64,000 nt of DNA from Lama glama (GCA_028534125.1 CM052817.1:58592001-58656000); one strand, 5' to 3'; positions 12,846 through 28,029 are shown, numbered from the stretch's first letter. Notes: generated by a model from the sequence alone, not told the origin. Numbers and translations: made by a program.

Positions 12846-14024
12846 AGTAGTTAGACTCTCTGCCCACACACTTGTACAGTACCTTAGGGTTTCACCTATG
12901 GTAGCAGTTATCTAATTGTGCTTTAGCTCTTTATTTAAAAAAATCACTGTACCATAATACTCTAAAGTCAATGATACCAGCAATTTTATCTTATTCATCT
13001 TTGTGTCTTTATCTGATGACACTACTTGGAATTTAACAGGTGCCTGATGAATATTTTGTAAGAAATAAGAAGATAAATGAATGGGGGAAACACAGAGTTT
13101 AGCCATCAATTGGGAAGTCAAGTTTTATCACTAGAGAATCATTCAGTGAATAAATAATGTAGTTATAGCTTGCTACATCATATCTCCTGTCCTCCTAATT
13201 ATCAGATGGGTATGTATAATTTCCAACTAATCAACTCTCCAGCTGCCAATGTTTTCCAAGGAGATAATTTAAAACGACAACAACAATGCACGTATTTAGT
13301 CTGTTGGGTCTGAAGAAGGCCATTTTCATGACTCAGCATCTATAAACATTATCCTAAATTGAGATTGAATTGGGAAAGAAACTGATGCAGAGCTTCCTTA
13401 ATAGCAGTACCTTGACTTGGGGCATCATTAAATAACTGAATTTAAAACATAGGCTCACTGATTTTCCTTCCAGTTCTTTTTGAGAATTGCAGGTTAGAGA
13501 TGAAGTGAATTTTAGACTGTTGTCAACACTCAGAATGAGAAAAGATGGGTCACAACAAGAGAAGACACCAAAGCATCAGTCATTTCACAAGGAAACTAAG
13601 AATAATCAAGAAGTAGTCAAATTATAGTCAAATAATTGTTCTAGAAGGCTAGGGGATAGAAAATCATATAAAGAGAGTAATTTCAAAAACTACCTACATA
13701 TATTTAACATTTTAAACTTTAGTTACATGAAAACTTCACTTGTGGCTTCTCCCTAGTCTAAATCCCTCTCTGTGCTCCTCCAGGACTGCAGTAGCCTTCT
13801 ACCTGTCTGCCTAGTACCATCTTTTGTACCGAAACCCAACCAAAACAATTCTCTGTAATGTAGCCATCGTTATCATTTAAAAATGAAAATTTGATCATGT
13901 CTCTCACCTCCTTTAACAAAAATTAATGACTTCCAATAATACTTTTGCTATAAAAGCCCAAATCATTTTTGTTATTTCATTCTGAAAAAAATCTATCATT
14001 TTTATAATATAAAAAGTTACATAT

Positions 14025-14486
14025 TGTAGCAGGCTGGAAAATAGCTCCCCAAAGGTATCATGTCCTAATCCCAACTTGTAAATGTTATTTTATTTGAAAA
14101 AAGTATTATTTGCAAATGCGGTAAAATTAATGATCTAGAAATGAGGAGTTTATTAGGGTTGATCCTAAATGCAGTCACAAATGTGATTCTGCGAGTGAAG
14201 TAAAAATTTGACCCAAACAGAGGAGGCAATGTGATAAGAGAGGACAAGGTGGAAGTGATGCAGCTGAAAGCCTCTGAATGTTAGCAGCCACCAGAACCTA
14301 GAAAAAGCAAGGTGTGGGTTCTGCCCTGGAGCCATTAGAGAAAGTGTGACCCTGCAATCACTTTGATTTCAGCCTTGTGATACAGATTTTGGACTTCTGT
14401 TCTCCAGAAATGTAAAAGAATAAATTTCTGTTTTGACCCATCAAATTTGTAGTCATTTGTTAGACCAGCTATTGGAAATAGATGTA
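14025..14486 (+). mobile_element. MLT1D-like MaLR solo LTR
   Basis: Starts TGTAGCAGGCTGGAAAATAGCTCCCCAAAGGTATCATGTCCTAATCCC; gcagccaccagaacctagaaaaagcaagg; ctccagaaatgtaaaagaataaatttctg. Confidence 0.8.
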
Positions 14487-17400
14487 TAATTTTTTTTGTA
14501 AAACAGATAAATAAAAACAAGAGGATACTCAATAGTGTAGATGAGTATTCAAAATAATCTAAAATATTTCCATTCTAAGATAGCCACATGCATAAATCGC
14601 TTCGATGTGTGAATTCTTAGATATGCATCCCCTTACATCAGCCCTGCCTAGAACTCAATGAGCTCTGTCAGTTTGCAGGCATGAGTCATTCTTCAGTTCA
14701 GGATTTATTATTTTTATTTTTTTAAAAAGTCATTACATGATTACAGTACTGTTTCTCTTTTGTCTCTTCCTTTCCCTCAGCCTGGAAATTCTGTTACTTG
14801 AAAATTATGCCTCCTGGATTTATTCTCCAAATCTCTTATTTTTATGTGTGTGTGTGATTTTTATCTTTTTTTTTCTTTCTGTGCTTTGATTTCTCTCTTT
14901 TGCTCAATCTTCCAATCACTAAATTAGGTCTCAGGAAAGAGTATCTTCTTTTTCCATTGCCTTGCATAAGTTTTTCAATATATTTAGGTGTACAATATGT
15001 ACAAGTTACAATATGGTTATTTAGTTCTAGAAAGACTATAGTTGAGTCTCAGTCTCCTTAAATATTGTTTTTCAAAGTGTTATCTGCTCCTCTAGCAGTT
15101 TTGCTTTGACAAAAAGCTACAGGTTATGGTTGCTTCCTTTGTCTTCCCTCTCTCTGGCAACGTGTTGCCTAGATTGCATTGTTACTTTCACTGGGGCTTA
15201 GGTACAACTGTTGGATACCTTAAATTATGGCAGTCTCATGGGTAGTGAGAGGTCAAGCAGTGGAATACAAGCCTATACAGCTGGGGAGAGCTGGGAGCAG
15301 AGCCATGGTTTTCTCATGCTTTGTGCAGCTCCCCATGATTTGTAGGAGCCCACAAGGCAAGCAGATGCATTCAAGAATAATATTACAATAATTTTATTGT
15401 TATTTAGATTCAATTCATTTAAACTCCAGTACGCATCCTTTAGAGGTAATAAGTGACAGAACTTCAGTTATTCACGGATTGTCCCATCCTCAGAGCTTTA
15501 CAAATGCCCTAAGATTTCACAAATTATTTGGCCATTGGAAAGGCCCATCTAGTTATTGGTAATTGGTTCACACTGCACCATATAAGAAATGCATTGTTCT
15601 AGTCCATTTAGATCCCATGGCCTTGCCCATTTCATGTCATGCTTGAGGCACAGACACCTTAGGAGGGATTAGAAGCTCCTCTGCCTAGGATGTAGCCTTT
15701 TAGGACGAGAGTGAACAAGATAGCCCTTTGGTACTAAGGCTTTGTCACCTCCTCAAGTGATGCCAGGAATAAGAACCAAGTCTTCTCTATTCATGGGACC
15801 AAAATAGCTTTTATTCCATATACAGTAAGAATCACCTTCACTTCCTCCTTTTCAGATGTTTTCTCACTTTCTCGTTACTTTCCAATATCTTCAGCATTAT
15901 CCTTTGAGAGTGTTTAGGACTTTAAAAAGTCATAGAATTTTATAAAGGTCCACTGTTTCACATTGACTGTCCTTTAAATGAGCCTAGTTCCTTGCTTAAA
16001 ATGAGAGTACACAGGAAAATAAATAATAAGAAAACAGACATTTCGACATTTCACTAAGTTACTCTGGCTTATCAGAACATGTTCTCCTGAAATATGCTTC
16101 CCCTCCCACCTGATTCTTCTTTTTCGAAGCACCCACCGTACTTTTAGGACTTGTGTCAAGCCTGACCTTCTGTGTAGATCGTAAAGATCAATTAGGGCAG
16201 GTCTGGACTTCATACATACTCATTTTATAGGCAAATGAGAAGCATCTGAAGACATAATGTCTCCAAACAAGGCGTATGTCTTTTTTTGTTTGTTTTTAAC
16301 AGGATCAAATTTGACCAATAGAATATAAACAGCCTTATAATTTAGGAAGTTGTTCATCTGCAGTTGAGAAGAAGTATTGCTTGGTCCTTAAGTATAAACA
16401 TCATCACTAATAAAGCTGCATTTATGGAACACACCAAAAATACTGATTAATTTTTCTTAGGTGTCTTATGCCTACAGAGACATCACTTGTCACCTAATAA
16501 CGGTAGTTCCTGAGGTGTGGGCTGCATGGATGATAATGACAAGCCTTATTTAAACAGAAAGCAAAGCAGAGTATCAAGGCCTTGATATTTTCTCCAAGAA
16601 CTGAAGTAGTTATTGAAGTAAAAGTGTAAAATTTTTAAATATTCATTATAGCATTAACTTTTACAACTTAACCTATTATTAAGCTATTTAAAAATGAAGA
16701 AAATTAATTTATGCCAGGTTTAGAAACTATTTTTCTTAAGTAGGAAATTAGCTGAAAATCCCTAACTCATGATTTCTTAAACAGTCACTTATAACTTGGA
16801 TATTAGAAGCTTTCTGTTGGCCAGTGTCACTTCCTAATGCTTTAATGATGACATTGTACTATTGATCAATATATATTTCTCACTACCTAAGAAACTGACC
16901 AATCATTTTATAAATACAAGATAATTTCCTTTATTCTATAAAATATCTCACTGTTCTCATTCTTCTTTGGTGGCCTTTGCTTCTTTCTTTCCCCAAATGA
17001 AAAGTGGAAGAAAAAAATCTCAGAAACCTATTGTGTCTGCGGCAGTCTCTATAATGCCTCTGTCCAACTTTCCTTCCAATCAGGAACATAATTCTTAGCA
17101 AACATGTCACCAACTCACTTAATTAAGTCTCTCCTATGTTCTTAGAGGTGTTTCTACCTCAAGCCTGAATTGGCTTAGTATTTAACAACCTGTACAAGGC
17201 CTTTGGGAAACCTGTTTTTAACAGAAATGGGTTCTTAAATAGGCTTTGGTCTCCGTAAAAGAATATGTGAACAGATTAAATCATGTTGGGCTATTTCTTG
17301 TGTTTTTTTTTTTAATTAAAAAATATCTGGAATTTATTTTAATGTCAGAATTGAGGACACTGTGCCAAGTCTTCAAATGATTTAGCTAATTACTCCAGTA

Positions 17401-18278
17401 CTTGAATCCAATAATTTGAAGTGTCAGTTTTATAATATTACTAAAATCTCATAAATATCCACGTCAAAAAAAAAAAAGATTCTGAATCACTGCATAAATC
17501 CTAATAAACTTATTAGCAGTGCATCAATATGCAAATTTTAAACAGAATGAGAGATACATTTCTTTCCTGCCTCCCTAACGGGCATCCTAATATTGCATTT
17601 CTTTAAACATTTCTTGACCTATGAACACCTAATATACAGATATTTTACCCAAGCACCACTTCCAGAACTTTGGCAATTAAGAAATACATCTGGAGCCCTG
17701 TTTAGTATTGCTCTGTACTCCTGTTTGTTAGGATCTGGGATGCAGAGACTTAAAGGAGAGGTATGGCCTCTTCCATTTTCCCCCACTCCTACAACTTTCT
17801 TCATTTTGTTTTAATATTTCCTCTGCCAGTTACTGCACTATAGCCAAGGTTGCAAAGTCAATTAAGCCATGGTTTCTTTCCTGTAAGAAATTTCATTTTA
17901 ATGAGGAGTGGGGCAGGAAACAAACTCCTATTACAGGCTAGATTGTTGAGGGTTAAAGTAGGTTTTGAAGTAAATACAAAAAAAGAGCCTTGAATATAGA
18001 GCAAGAGATTCCAGATTTCCCGGAAAGGCTAATCGTTGAGCTGAAGTTTTAATAGTGAATGAGGTTGTGCTTGAATAGGGAAAGACCATTCTGAGCAGAA
18101 AGAAAGATGGTGGAAGTGTGGCAGTGAGTGCGGTCTGTGCGAAGTCATGCAAGTGGTTAATGACTGTTAGCTGTATGGGTTCCTGTGAAGGGAGGCGGCT
18201 GAAGCCCAAGGGGGGGGGCAGGATCACTGAAGACTTTGAGGAAGAAAAGGGAATATATCCACTAAGTTTTCAGCCTCA

Positions 18279-18372
18279 CAGATTATATCGTACTGTGGCA
18301 TTTACTATCGAAAAATATCCCCATGTAAGTGGACCTGTGCAGTTCAAACCCATGTTGTTCAAGGGTCACCTG
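18279..18372. mobile_element. Tigger2/MER8-type DNA transposon terminal fragment
   Basis: Terminal inverted repeat (TIR) gtaagtggacctgtgcagttcaaacccatgttgttcaagggtcacctg followed by TA (18373-18374). Confidence 0.75.
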
Positions 18373-19559
18373 TAAGTTGATGAGTTTTGTTCATGTAGTT
18401 TCACCAATTTATGAAAAATGTTCTTTGTGGAAAATTTTTATTTACAACTCAGCTTTTCAAGATTGTGTGTATTAACACCAGTTACAAGGAAGGAGGGAGA
18501 AGTAAACTATCTGAATGCTCAAACAGAAATTAATTCGTTTTATTTGTATATATTACCTATTTGTAGTAAATTGCATACAAAGAACATGAAGCAAATCATA
18601 AACAACAAGGCCTTGTCATTTTTGTGACAAATGCCATATAGTATTAAAATTTAATTTTATACACACACACATATTAATGGAGTTTAAATTTTTTTATCTG
18701 GATTCCTTCTCTGTGTTCACAAATTCTGATAGTAACTCATATTTATTTTCTCTCCATTTATACAGAAGTAGAGACAATTAAAGATATAAAACATTTATGA
18801 TGTCTAAGGACCCTTAAGTTTTGTGCACTAAATCTCGTATGAGGTATGCTCTGTACTCTGTGGTTTAGGAAAGCCAAAGCAATTCATCACTACCTTAACA
18901 CCCTGTTTAACCTAAGATGAATACCTGTCCAATGTGATTGTACTACTGAGCACGTTGAATGCCATTTATCTGACTGGAGAATGGTACCTAGCTACCTCAC
19001 AGAAGCTCTGTACATAATTCAGATTTTGAAAAATGTGCATGATAGTCATTATCTTTACATTATAAGAGTTGCCCAATAGAGCCTTCTGGACAGATTCCAT
19101 AAGAGGACATTTAAAGAAATGTCTGATGCAACAGATTCATTGTTCTGCTCTTCTGTGTTCCTACAGTTGTTTTTTAAGGTATAGTAGACTTCTCTAAAAA
19201 TAATTTAGCAATAGTGCAAATTCTCATTCACAATTCTAAAAGAGGCAAATGCAGATACAGAACGATTGTTTTAAGTGGAAGGCATCATAGCATGATTGCA
19301 GTTGAACTTTGGATTTGCCATTTCTTTAATGATTGAAGTAATGTCATAGGTTTAAACAGTTAGTTCTGCTTTGAAAATTATCTGTGACCTTTTTTCTCCC
19401 AAGAGATCAATTGAATTTCAGTTTATTGATGCTAAACTAAACCAGTGGATTACCCTAACTTAGTGAACTCAAAAGGCTACTTTTTTTGTGAATGTCTTTG
19501 TGTGTGATGTTAACTAGATTACTGAGAAAATATAATTTTTACAAAGTTGCACAATAGGT

Positions 19560-19878
19560 CATTCATATCAGGCTACCTCTCTTGGACATTCTGTCTTACT
19601 CCCTCTTACTTCAATTACTTGCCCTTGAGAGGGTTCCCTGTCATGAGGCAGCCCTATAGATACACTCATGTTAGTGAGCTTGGAGAAGGGTCCTTCAGCT
19701 CCAGTTGATCTATATTTGAGGGACTCCAGCCTTGGGTTATACCTTGATTACAACCTTAAGAGACCGTAAACCCAACACCCAGCTAAGCCACACTCAGATT
19801 CCTAACTCACATAAAGTACATGAGGTAATAAATATTTATTCTATTTAATTTGTTACATAGCTACAGATTGTTAATACA
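19560..19878 (+). mobile_element. MLT1F-like LTR, 3' part
   Basis: cccagctaagccacactcagattcctaactcaca...aataaa...atttgttacatagctacagattgttaataca. Confidence 0.65.
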
Positions 19879-22800
19879 GCACTCAATAAATGTTTGCTAC
19901 TAAATATGTGAGTGGAAGATCAAAAAATTGCAATTAGAAAAAGAAAAATTAGCACATACAGGATTACCAATTTTAGACTGAGTCACATGTCATTTAGATT
20001 AATGTTTCATAACATATGTATCAAAGAATGAGTTATTAAAAAAGATTTTCAGTATCTTTGTTATCCTTAGATATTAGGGGAAAAGCCCAAAGCAAGTTAC
20101 CTTCCTTGTGTTGTTATTTATGTGTTATCCTTTGGTGTATTCAGTGGTTACCACCTACTAGTCTAACCACTGTTTTTGTTTTCCTTTCGCTCATTGTCTC
20201 TTCTTCAGCTGTCCTTTTTCTCCAGATCCCTCCCTGGTGCTCTCTCTCTGTCTCTAATTCTCTTACTCAATTGCTTTGCTCTTTCTTTCTCTCTCACAAG
20301 CTGCTTTTCCTCTTTCACACTTGTACACATTCATGAAAGCACAAAAACATGCAAATGACAAGGAAACTGAATTATTGACAAAGTCTAAACTCTAGGAATC
20401 AAGATTTCTTGCTAGTTTACTAACAGTCTGAATTGAACAAATCATTTGAACAACGATGCAAACGAAATCTATTACTTAAGTTAGGAAAAAGTAATTTTAA
20501 AGTTTTTAATTTGTTTCAAAAGAAAAAAGTACTAGAGACACATTTTGTTTTTTTAAATCATTTATTGAGAATCTTATTATCCTGCAAATACAGAATGTTG
20601 TTTCATGTGGGGCTACTTTTGCTGCCATAAATATGGCCCTGGGATTTTTTAATGTACAATTGGTTGTTCAATCTTTCATGTTGCTAAAATTTTAAAGTGC
20701 TTGCCTCCTGCTAATATTACATAAATTATCCTAATTAATGTCTGTTAGTTTTTGTCTTAATCAGCTTAGCTGCTGTAACTAAATACCGTAGACTTATCTT
20801 TAGAATAAAATAAATCTGTTCACTAAAAGTAAAATATGCAAATATCTATAAAAAGTATCTAATGATATTTGTGTTTATTTATAAGATATTTTATTCTAAG
20901 GCAATTAGTTTGATTTATTAAAATTCTCACCCAAATATTCAAATAAATTAAAATATATTTACATTATTTGTTATGCATAATTTAATGTTATTTTTACTAG
21001 TGATTTGATAATCATCTTTCTTTAAATAACATTTTTGAGTGACCAAATTTTTAATGCATAAATGGATGTCTTAAATGTAAATATATTTTCATTGACCCAT
21101 TTATACTATCTCACAATTTTATACTTTAATTGGTAGAAATCGAGATCTATTATATGTACTTCCTTCTCTTTCTTTTCCTCCCAACTAGAGATAAAGTACT
21201 AAAACCGCTTTACCAGATAAAGTGATTGTATTTAGAAGATGTCAGGCACTAAGAAATGAAGAAGTGGAAACAAATCGACATTTTTGTAAAAAGTGGGGTA
21301 CTATTTTGTATGTAAACAGCTTCCAAATATGTTCTTTTGGGCCAAAGCCCATGCGGTGGATTAGTTAATTTGCGGGATTTCAATTTTGTGCCAATATCAT
21401 AGGTTCTGATATTGGCATGAGAATTTGGATTTCACTTGGAACCCCAGGAAATAAAACATGTTTTTCTTTTTACACACAACTTTGTGTGATGTATCCTCTG
21501 GTTTCCTATTACTGTTTCTACATTGTTTTGACCTAAATTGATGTCATGGAGTGTTTCTTAGGTGTCATTATTGCTGGCAGTTGGTTGGAACTAAAACAGA
21601 ATCAGTATAAATTTTGCCTATATGAGCTTCCAACTTTTGGACTTTGTCTAAATCCCAGGTACTGTCAGACTAAGATGAGAAATGACACAATTCTACTCAT
21701 AAATTTTAGCTCTACAGTGACTTTTCGGTCTGATAACATTTAGTCTCAAAATGCTGCTAACATCTTTGTAATTAAAAACAAGAATTCTTCAGAAAGTATG
21801 TAACACATAAATAAAATGTCAAATTATAAACACATTCCATTATTTCTCGAATATTTTCTTAGCATTGTTATTCAAAGATATTGTTTTGCAGGACAGTGAG
21901 GATTATCATTAGAGTTTTTTTTTTTTGAATCAGTATATTATTTAATAAAGTTTTCAGTGGTTTCATATGAATGTGAGAGAAAACATGGCAAACTCGTATC
22001 AATTACTATTGATTATCAAAAGTGAGGCCAGTTTTTGATAGGTAGTGGGTGAAAGACTTACCAAGTTATATTACCAAGTAAATAATAATATGCTTATTAT
22101 TTATTGCTGACTGCTCTATATATGCTAATAGACAAAAATTTCTCACAGAAAATGTCAGGCATACCTTTATACTCACTGTTGGAAAAAAATGCAAATATTT
22201 CAGTGTCATTTGAAAAACTGACTAGGAATTATAACTCTTTAATGGCAGGTCAATTAATCAATCACCAGAATGTTTTTACACTTGAAAATGTTTTCATGCT
22301 TGCGCTGAAGTTATTATAGTTTTCAAACATTTTGAGTCGCGGTGTAGCAGATAAAATGAAGCCTCAAATCATTCTCTAATCTCAAGAACTTCCTGGCAGA
22401 ATTACTGTGCCTTGTCTGTTAAATTGATTTCCTCTTAAAGAAAAGTAGGCTTTTCTTATTGTGTTAAAAAGTGATTTTATCTATTAAGTGTCTTTCCTTC
22501 TGAAGACCCGTTCTTGTTATGACTCAAAAGGAAAAATGTTCTTTTTCCTCCTAGGTTTTCATATCCTCTTTTACTCACTAATCTGTATTGCAAACAAAAT
22601 GAAATATAACCCCAAAAGAGTAATTTTTAAATGAATACAAAATAGGCAAACATTTCTAATACTACCAATTGCATTTATTTTCATTTTCAGCATATGCATA
22701 GCTTATTTTTATGTTTTCTACGTTATAAAAGTAATTGATGGCAGACTTGTATGCTGACTCATTGTGTCATAAAATAGGAAATAAGAATATTTACAGTGTA

Positions 22801-25800
22801 ATTTTGAAAGCTACTAATAAACCTTAGGCAAGCAACTGTCTTTAGGGCACTAAAAATACTTGAGGGGTTTGGAACTGGGGTACTTTGTTGTGGTTGTTAC
22901 TGTTGGTGATGATGGTTAGGTTTGTTTGTTGTTGTGTTAATACATTCTTCAGGAGTAGGATACAGTTAAATGCTTTCCCACCTTATTCCTGGTATTTTTA
23001 AAGTTAGCCTTTATTCAGCTTGGTGACATCTATTTTGAGTGGAAAAACAGTTGCTGGTATTTTCTGCATTTGTTGTTTAATGATAGCTTATTGAACTGTA
23101 ATGCTTTATAATTAAAACCTTTCCAGTGAAAACAAGACACATTAGGGGAGAAGCCAGAAACTGCAGTTCTCCACCTGAAATTACAATAGCATTATTTCTG
23201 TAATAGCAGAAGAGAAACTAGAATGTCTTGAGTGGATAGCTCACATATTTAAAGGAATAATTCTAAATACTGAAAGAATGTACTCTTAAAGGTAAATGTT
23301 AGATTAGGTAGTCAGAAATGTCAGCATGCTATAAATACATGTAAAGACATAATAACATTCATTTCTTGATCAGTGAAATGAGGATTGTGCTTCTTAAACG
23401 ACTTAACAAGATATGGTAAAATAAAATTTGGTAAATTATGAATGGTATGAGTGTCTTCAAAGTGAGAGAGTATAGGGGCATGTAGTTTTTTTCTTTATTT
23501 TCTGGTGAGTTCATGAATTTTAACTTCTAATACTTATATAAAGCCAAAATCTTAATTATTCAATGATTGGAAGGTTAATTTTGACCTCAGGTGAAAAAAC
23601 TATTAAGAACATTTAAAAAAGAATATTTCTATTAGTCAGAATTAACTTAAAAATGCCAGTCAATCCCAATGGAGTACATTATTAATTTTTCATTTACCTC
23701 TAATGTGAAACATGTTTTATATTTATATTTGTTCTTCCAGATTGTGACTTGATTTTTCTATCTGATCAAAGTTACAGGTACATTATTCCTTGAGGTGGTG
23801 ATAATTAAAAAGTATCATTTGAAGGATTACTTTGTTATTAGATCTGGTTACTAACATTTTCATGATAATATATGAGTGAGTCATAGAAAATTTGCATTGA
23901 GATTTATTAGATAAGCCTGAGATACTCAAAGCTCTTGCCATAATTATGAATCTAGTACCCTTTATGCCACAACAATATTTTGAAGTACTATACCTTGCAC
24001 TCTGCTTCACAAAAAAAGGCTAATCTGATATATTCCTTTTTGCTATATGCTGTCATGTCCATCTTTTTAATACCCTCCTTGTTCATTATAAGTGCTGTTA
24101 GCCATACTGCCTAATGAAAGGTACCTCATATCAAGTCTGATTACTGCTCTAATGTTTTCCAGGCGTGCTTGGTGATGAGCTTGGCATATGAAACAATTTT
24201 CTACAGTAATAAAACTAATTAAAGTAGGCAGTCATCCACATACTACTTTCTAATGAATTATAATAAGCTCATTAATCTCACCTACTCCTATTCCAAAAAG
24301 TTCATTGATAGGCCTGTATGTAAGAGTAAACTTCTCAACCTTAAAAATGTACAGCTATTGCAGAATCAAGAAAGACTTTGTGAATTTAAGCTAAAAAATA
24401 AAAAATTTCTGATCAATGATTTAAATGAAAGGTATAGTTTCTGAACTCTGCCCAAGATTACTTATTGGCAAGATCATTTTCTATTTGAGTTCTCCTATAA
24501 TTGATATAACAAACAAAAAACAATTCATTATTGATACCAACTCTTCAGCACTTTGAAGAATAAAATTGAATGAACCCACTCCACATTTCTTCCTAGAGAT
24601 CATATAAGAATGATGAATTGAGTACTTGAGATCAAGAGATAAAAACACAGCCTGTTTTCTCTCCAGAGAGTGCTAGAGTATCTGCTCAAGATGTCAAAAC
24701 ATAATAATAATTATTTTTTTTAACTCTTCTCCAAATTTGTGAAGTGCCTGATGAAACATCGTAAGAATTATTATTCCCTTCAGTTACAAATAGTTTGGCA
24801 ATATAGACCTATTGTTTTGGAGGTAATTTTACCATGAAAGTGATAAGGTTGTTAAATGTAACTCATAAAGAGACAATTTTTGAACTACAAATATTAATAG
24901 TAAGAAAATATTGTGGGTAGGGTTTATTCTATCTTCATCATAATTTGATGTTTTAATAATGTGGCAATTTCCATTCGTGAAGCTCACTGCTGCTATGACA
25001 AACATGAATTTCTCCGTTAAGAATTTAAATTAGAAACATGTAGATTTCAAAATTAGTACAGAATGATTGTAACAGGTTAATTGAAAATATGTACATTTTA
25101 ACTTATGGAATTAACATATCCAAAGTTGTTATTTACATTCATGAATTTTTAGCTAATATTTCATAGTTCTTTAGAGGAAAAGAAGTTAAATATTCTGTGC
25201 AGAGTATTTTCTTTTGCAAAACAGATATTTAGAAGTCTGACAGCTTTGGTAGGGAGAAGGTTAATAAACCTGCCCTGAGTAAAATGTCTCTCAGGCTGGG
25301 ATCACCTATAACTTTGGTGGCCAGTTGCTATTTTATGTGACAATGAATTAGTTCTATGCTGTGAACCACATTTAGGGGAAGGGCTTTTGGTACAGGTTCC
25401 TCCATTATAGAGCCATTTGTTTCTGAGAAAGTAATTTATGCAGCTTGTAATTCAGTATTTTCATTTGTAAAATGTGGGGATTCAGCTAGAGTAGAGTACC
25501 CCAAACTGTCAAAAGTACCACTGATGGTAAATTTGGTGTTTTAAGTAATTTTTAATATAATAATTTAATATAACAATTTATTATATGACGTCAAACGATT
25601 TCCCTTTTTAATTCCAGGTCAGTTCTCCTGGAATCAAGGTGATACATTTTATAGCATCAAGGTGCTGTAGTCCTTAATATCTCTCTAACACTCATTGTAT
25701 TGGCATAGCTGTGGATCTCCTTGTAGTTTCTGAGAGATGAGAGGAACACGCTGCTGAGTAGCAGAATGCTGCATGTAAGTCTTATTAAGAGAAGTACATT

Positions 25801-26042
25801 TTTGGAAAGTTATCTCAAAGATAACAGAAAATTAAGTAAGAGCTTTAGGAAAATTTTTGGAGCTCCAACTGACCTTGTTTTGAACAGTAATCCCTGTTTG
25901 GAAAATACTTGTTCCAATTCGTAGATCAAATTAATGGTACTATTAAGAGTTAGCTATACTTTGAATAAACTTTGGTAATATGCTTTAATGTTAATAGGAA
26001 GCATGACTCATCATCATAACATTCAACATTTATGTGATGCTT

Positions 26043-26340
26043 AATAACTAGCATTTATTGAGTGTTTGCAAGGCAGACGATCCTTCTAAATGATTTACAT
26101 ATATTAACACATATTAGTCTTCGTCACCCGTTTTAATGTTTACAGCAACCACGTAAATTAAGCAGTAATACTTCCCTCACTTTTCCTAGGAGGAAACTGA
26201 AATACCAGGATATTAAGGAATTTTGAGAAAAGTCAGACCACTAGTAAATGACAAAGTTTTTTTGTTGTTGTTGTTGTTTTTTAATTCTGTAACTATCCAG
26301 GTTGCCCATACATTTCTGTTCTTTACTATCCTCCATCCTG
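26043..26340 (-). mobile_element. MIR SINE
   Basis: aataactagcatttattgagtgtt...ggaggaaactgaaa matches the reversed MIR tail and core. Confidence 0.65.
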
Positions 26341-26614
26341 CCACTCCTAGGAAGCCTGAGTTAACTGAGTTTTCTCAGTTCTCAATTGGAAGCTTGTTTC
26401 TTTCAACATTATATACCCAGTGTCTGGCACATAATGGGCACTCAAAAAGTGTTTGTTGGAAAAATGTATGAATGGATTAGTTAATCAACAAATCTCTGCT
26501 CTAAAAGACAACTTTAAAAATGCCACTACACATAACCTGTTGGACTCTAAGACCTCAGATCCAGCACTTGGTTTTCTCTTGATAATTTGTCACCATTTCT
26601 GTTATTAATCTTAG

Positions 26615-27075
26615 ATAATTTGGAATCAGAACTGTGTGCTTTGAAGTCAGAACGTATAGGTTCAAATGAAAACTCCATTACTTATCTTTATTCAGTGCTT
26701 AACTGTGTGACATTGGAGTTTCAGTTTTTTATCTGTACAGTATAGATACTAATCTTTATCATATCTATCCAGAATTATTGTACTAACTAAATTAAGTATG
26801 CTTAAAACACTTAAGAATGTTTGGCATATTGTAGATGTTTTGTGAAAGAGCAATATTGAAATATCTAGACATTGGAACCAAACAGACCTAATACCGTTAC
26901 AAGGTAGTTCTCGGAGCCTGAGTGCATTATTTACATATTTAAAACATTAGTTTCTCAAATGCTTAATCACAAAACACAAGTTCCTAATTAAGGGTTATTG
27001 TAAGAGTTAAATAAGATAATATATCCAGAGTACCTGACATAAAATTAAAACAAAATAAATATTAGCTGCTGCTTT
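26615..27075 (+). mobile_element. Two tandem diverged MIRs
   Basis: tttgaagtcagaacgtataggttcaaat...tttcagtttttatctgta; second copy gggttattgtaagagttaaataagataat...aataaatattagctgct. Confidence 0.5.
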
Positions 27076-28029
27076 TAGCAATAGTTATTCTTTCCTTTAA
27101 ATGTTCTCTTATTCTTTTGGTTTACTATGTTGGGGGGAAAAATAAGACTATTCACTGCCTAATGACTGAGTTCATTTATTATACTATTTTCATGTAGTTC
27201 TCTCTAAAATATAAGCACTATTTTTGCCTAATAGAAGTATAACTCAATTATGTTGCATTGAACAGTATGCTGCTTAAAGCTACTACTTTGGGAAGTAGAA
27301 AAGTTAGGTCTAACAAAAGTTATTTTGTTGAATCTGTATTTTACAGACCACTGGCAATTGGAAGACTGTGATAGGGAGAAGATTTATAGGGTATCTCTGT
27401 ATTTATAAGTCACTGAATAGAAAGAAACACAATTCAAGAATTTGAAAAATGTATTGAAGAAGATTAATGAGGAAGTAGGATGAGTTTGAGTGCATGGATA
27501 GATGCATTTCTCATTGGCTGATTGCAAGTAAGCCTTACTATAAAAGTATCTCAGAAGCAAAATTTATTGTGATCAAGTTCTCCATTAAATGCTAGTATAT
27601 TAATAGAAATGCATTCCTGTAGAAAACTAAACCAAACCAACACACAAACATATTTTAAAAAAAAACTAACATTCTTCAAAGCAACACTCTAGAGAGTACA
27701 TGTTTTTTCTATATTCTGTCTCATGTTTGGGGAGGGAACAATTTTCTGCAGTGAAGTCAATGAACTTCATGTAAAGGTGCATGTTTAACCATGTTTAACC
27801 TAGAGGGAACCCTGAGTTCCTCAAAATTCCTGATCCCTTAGAGATAGGGTTAAAGATTCTTGGTTGACTTTTGAAACTTCTTTATTAAACCATATTGAAA
27901 GGATTTGCAGTTTAGCATTTTAAAATCAGGTGCATTCATACCTTGCTAAAAATGATTTCAGACAGTAACTGAACACTTTTTTAGAGGACAGATACAAAAT
28001 CTGTAATTCAGGGCCTAAAAGCTTAGTTA

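Noticed and set aside
27781..27800. atgtttaacc tandem duplicate
   Set aside because: Ordinary slippage micro-duplication.
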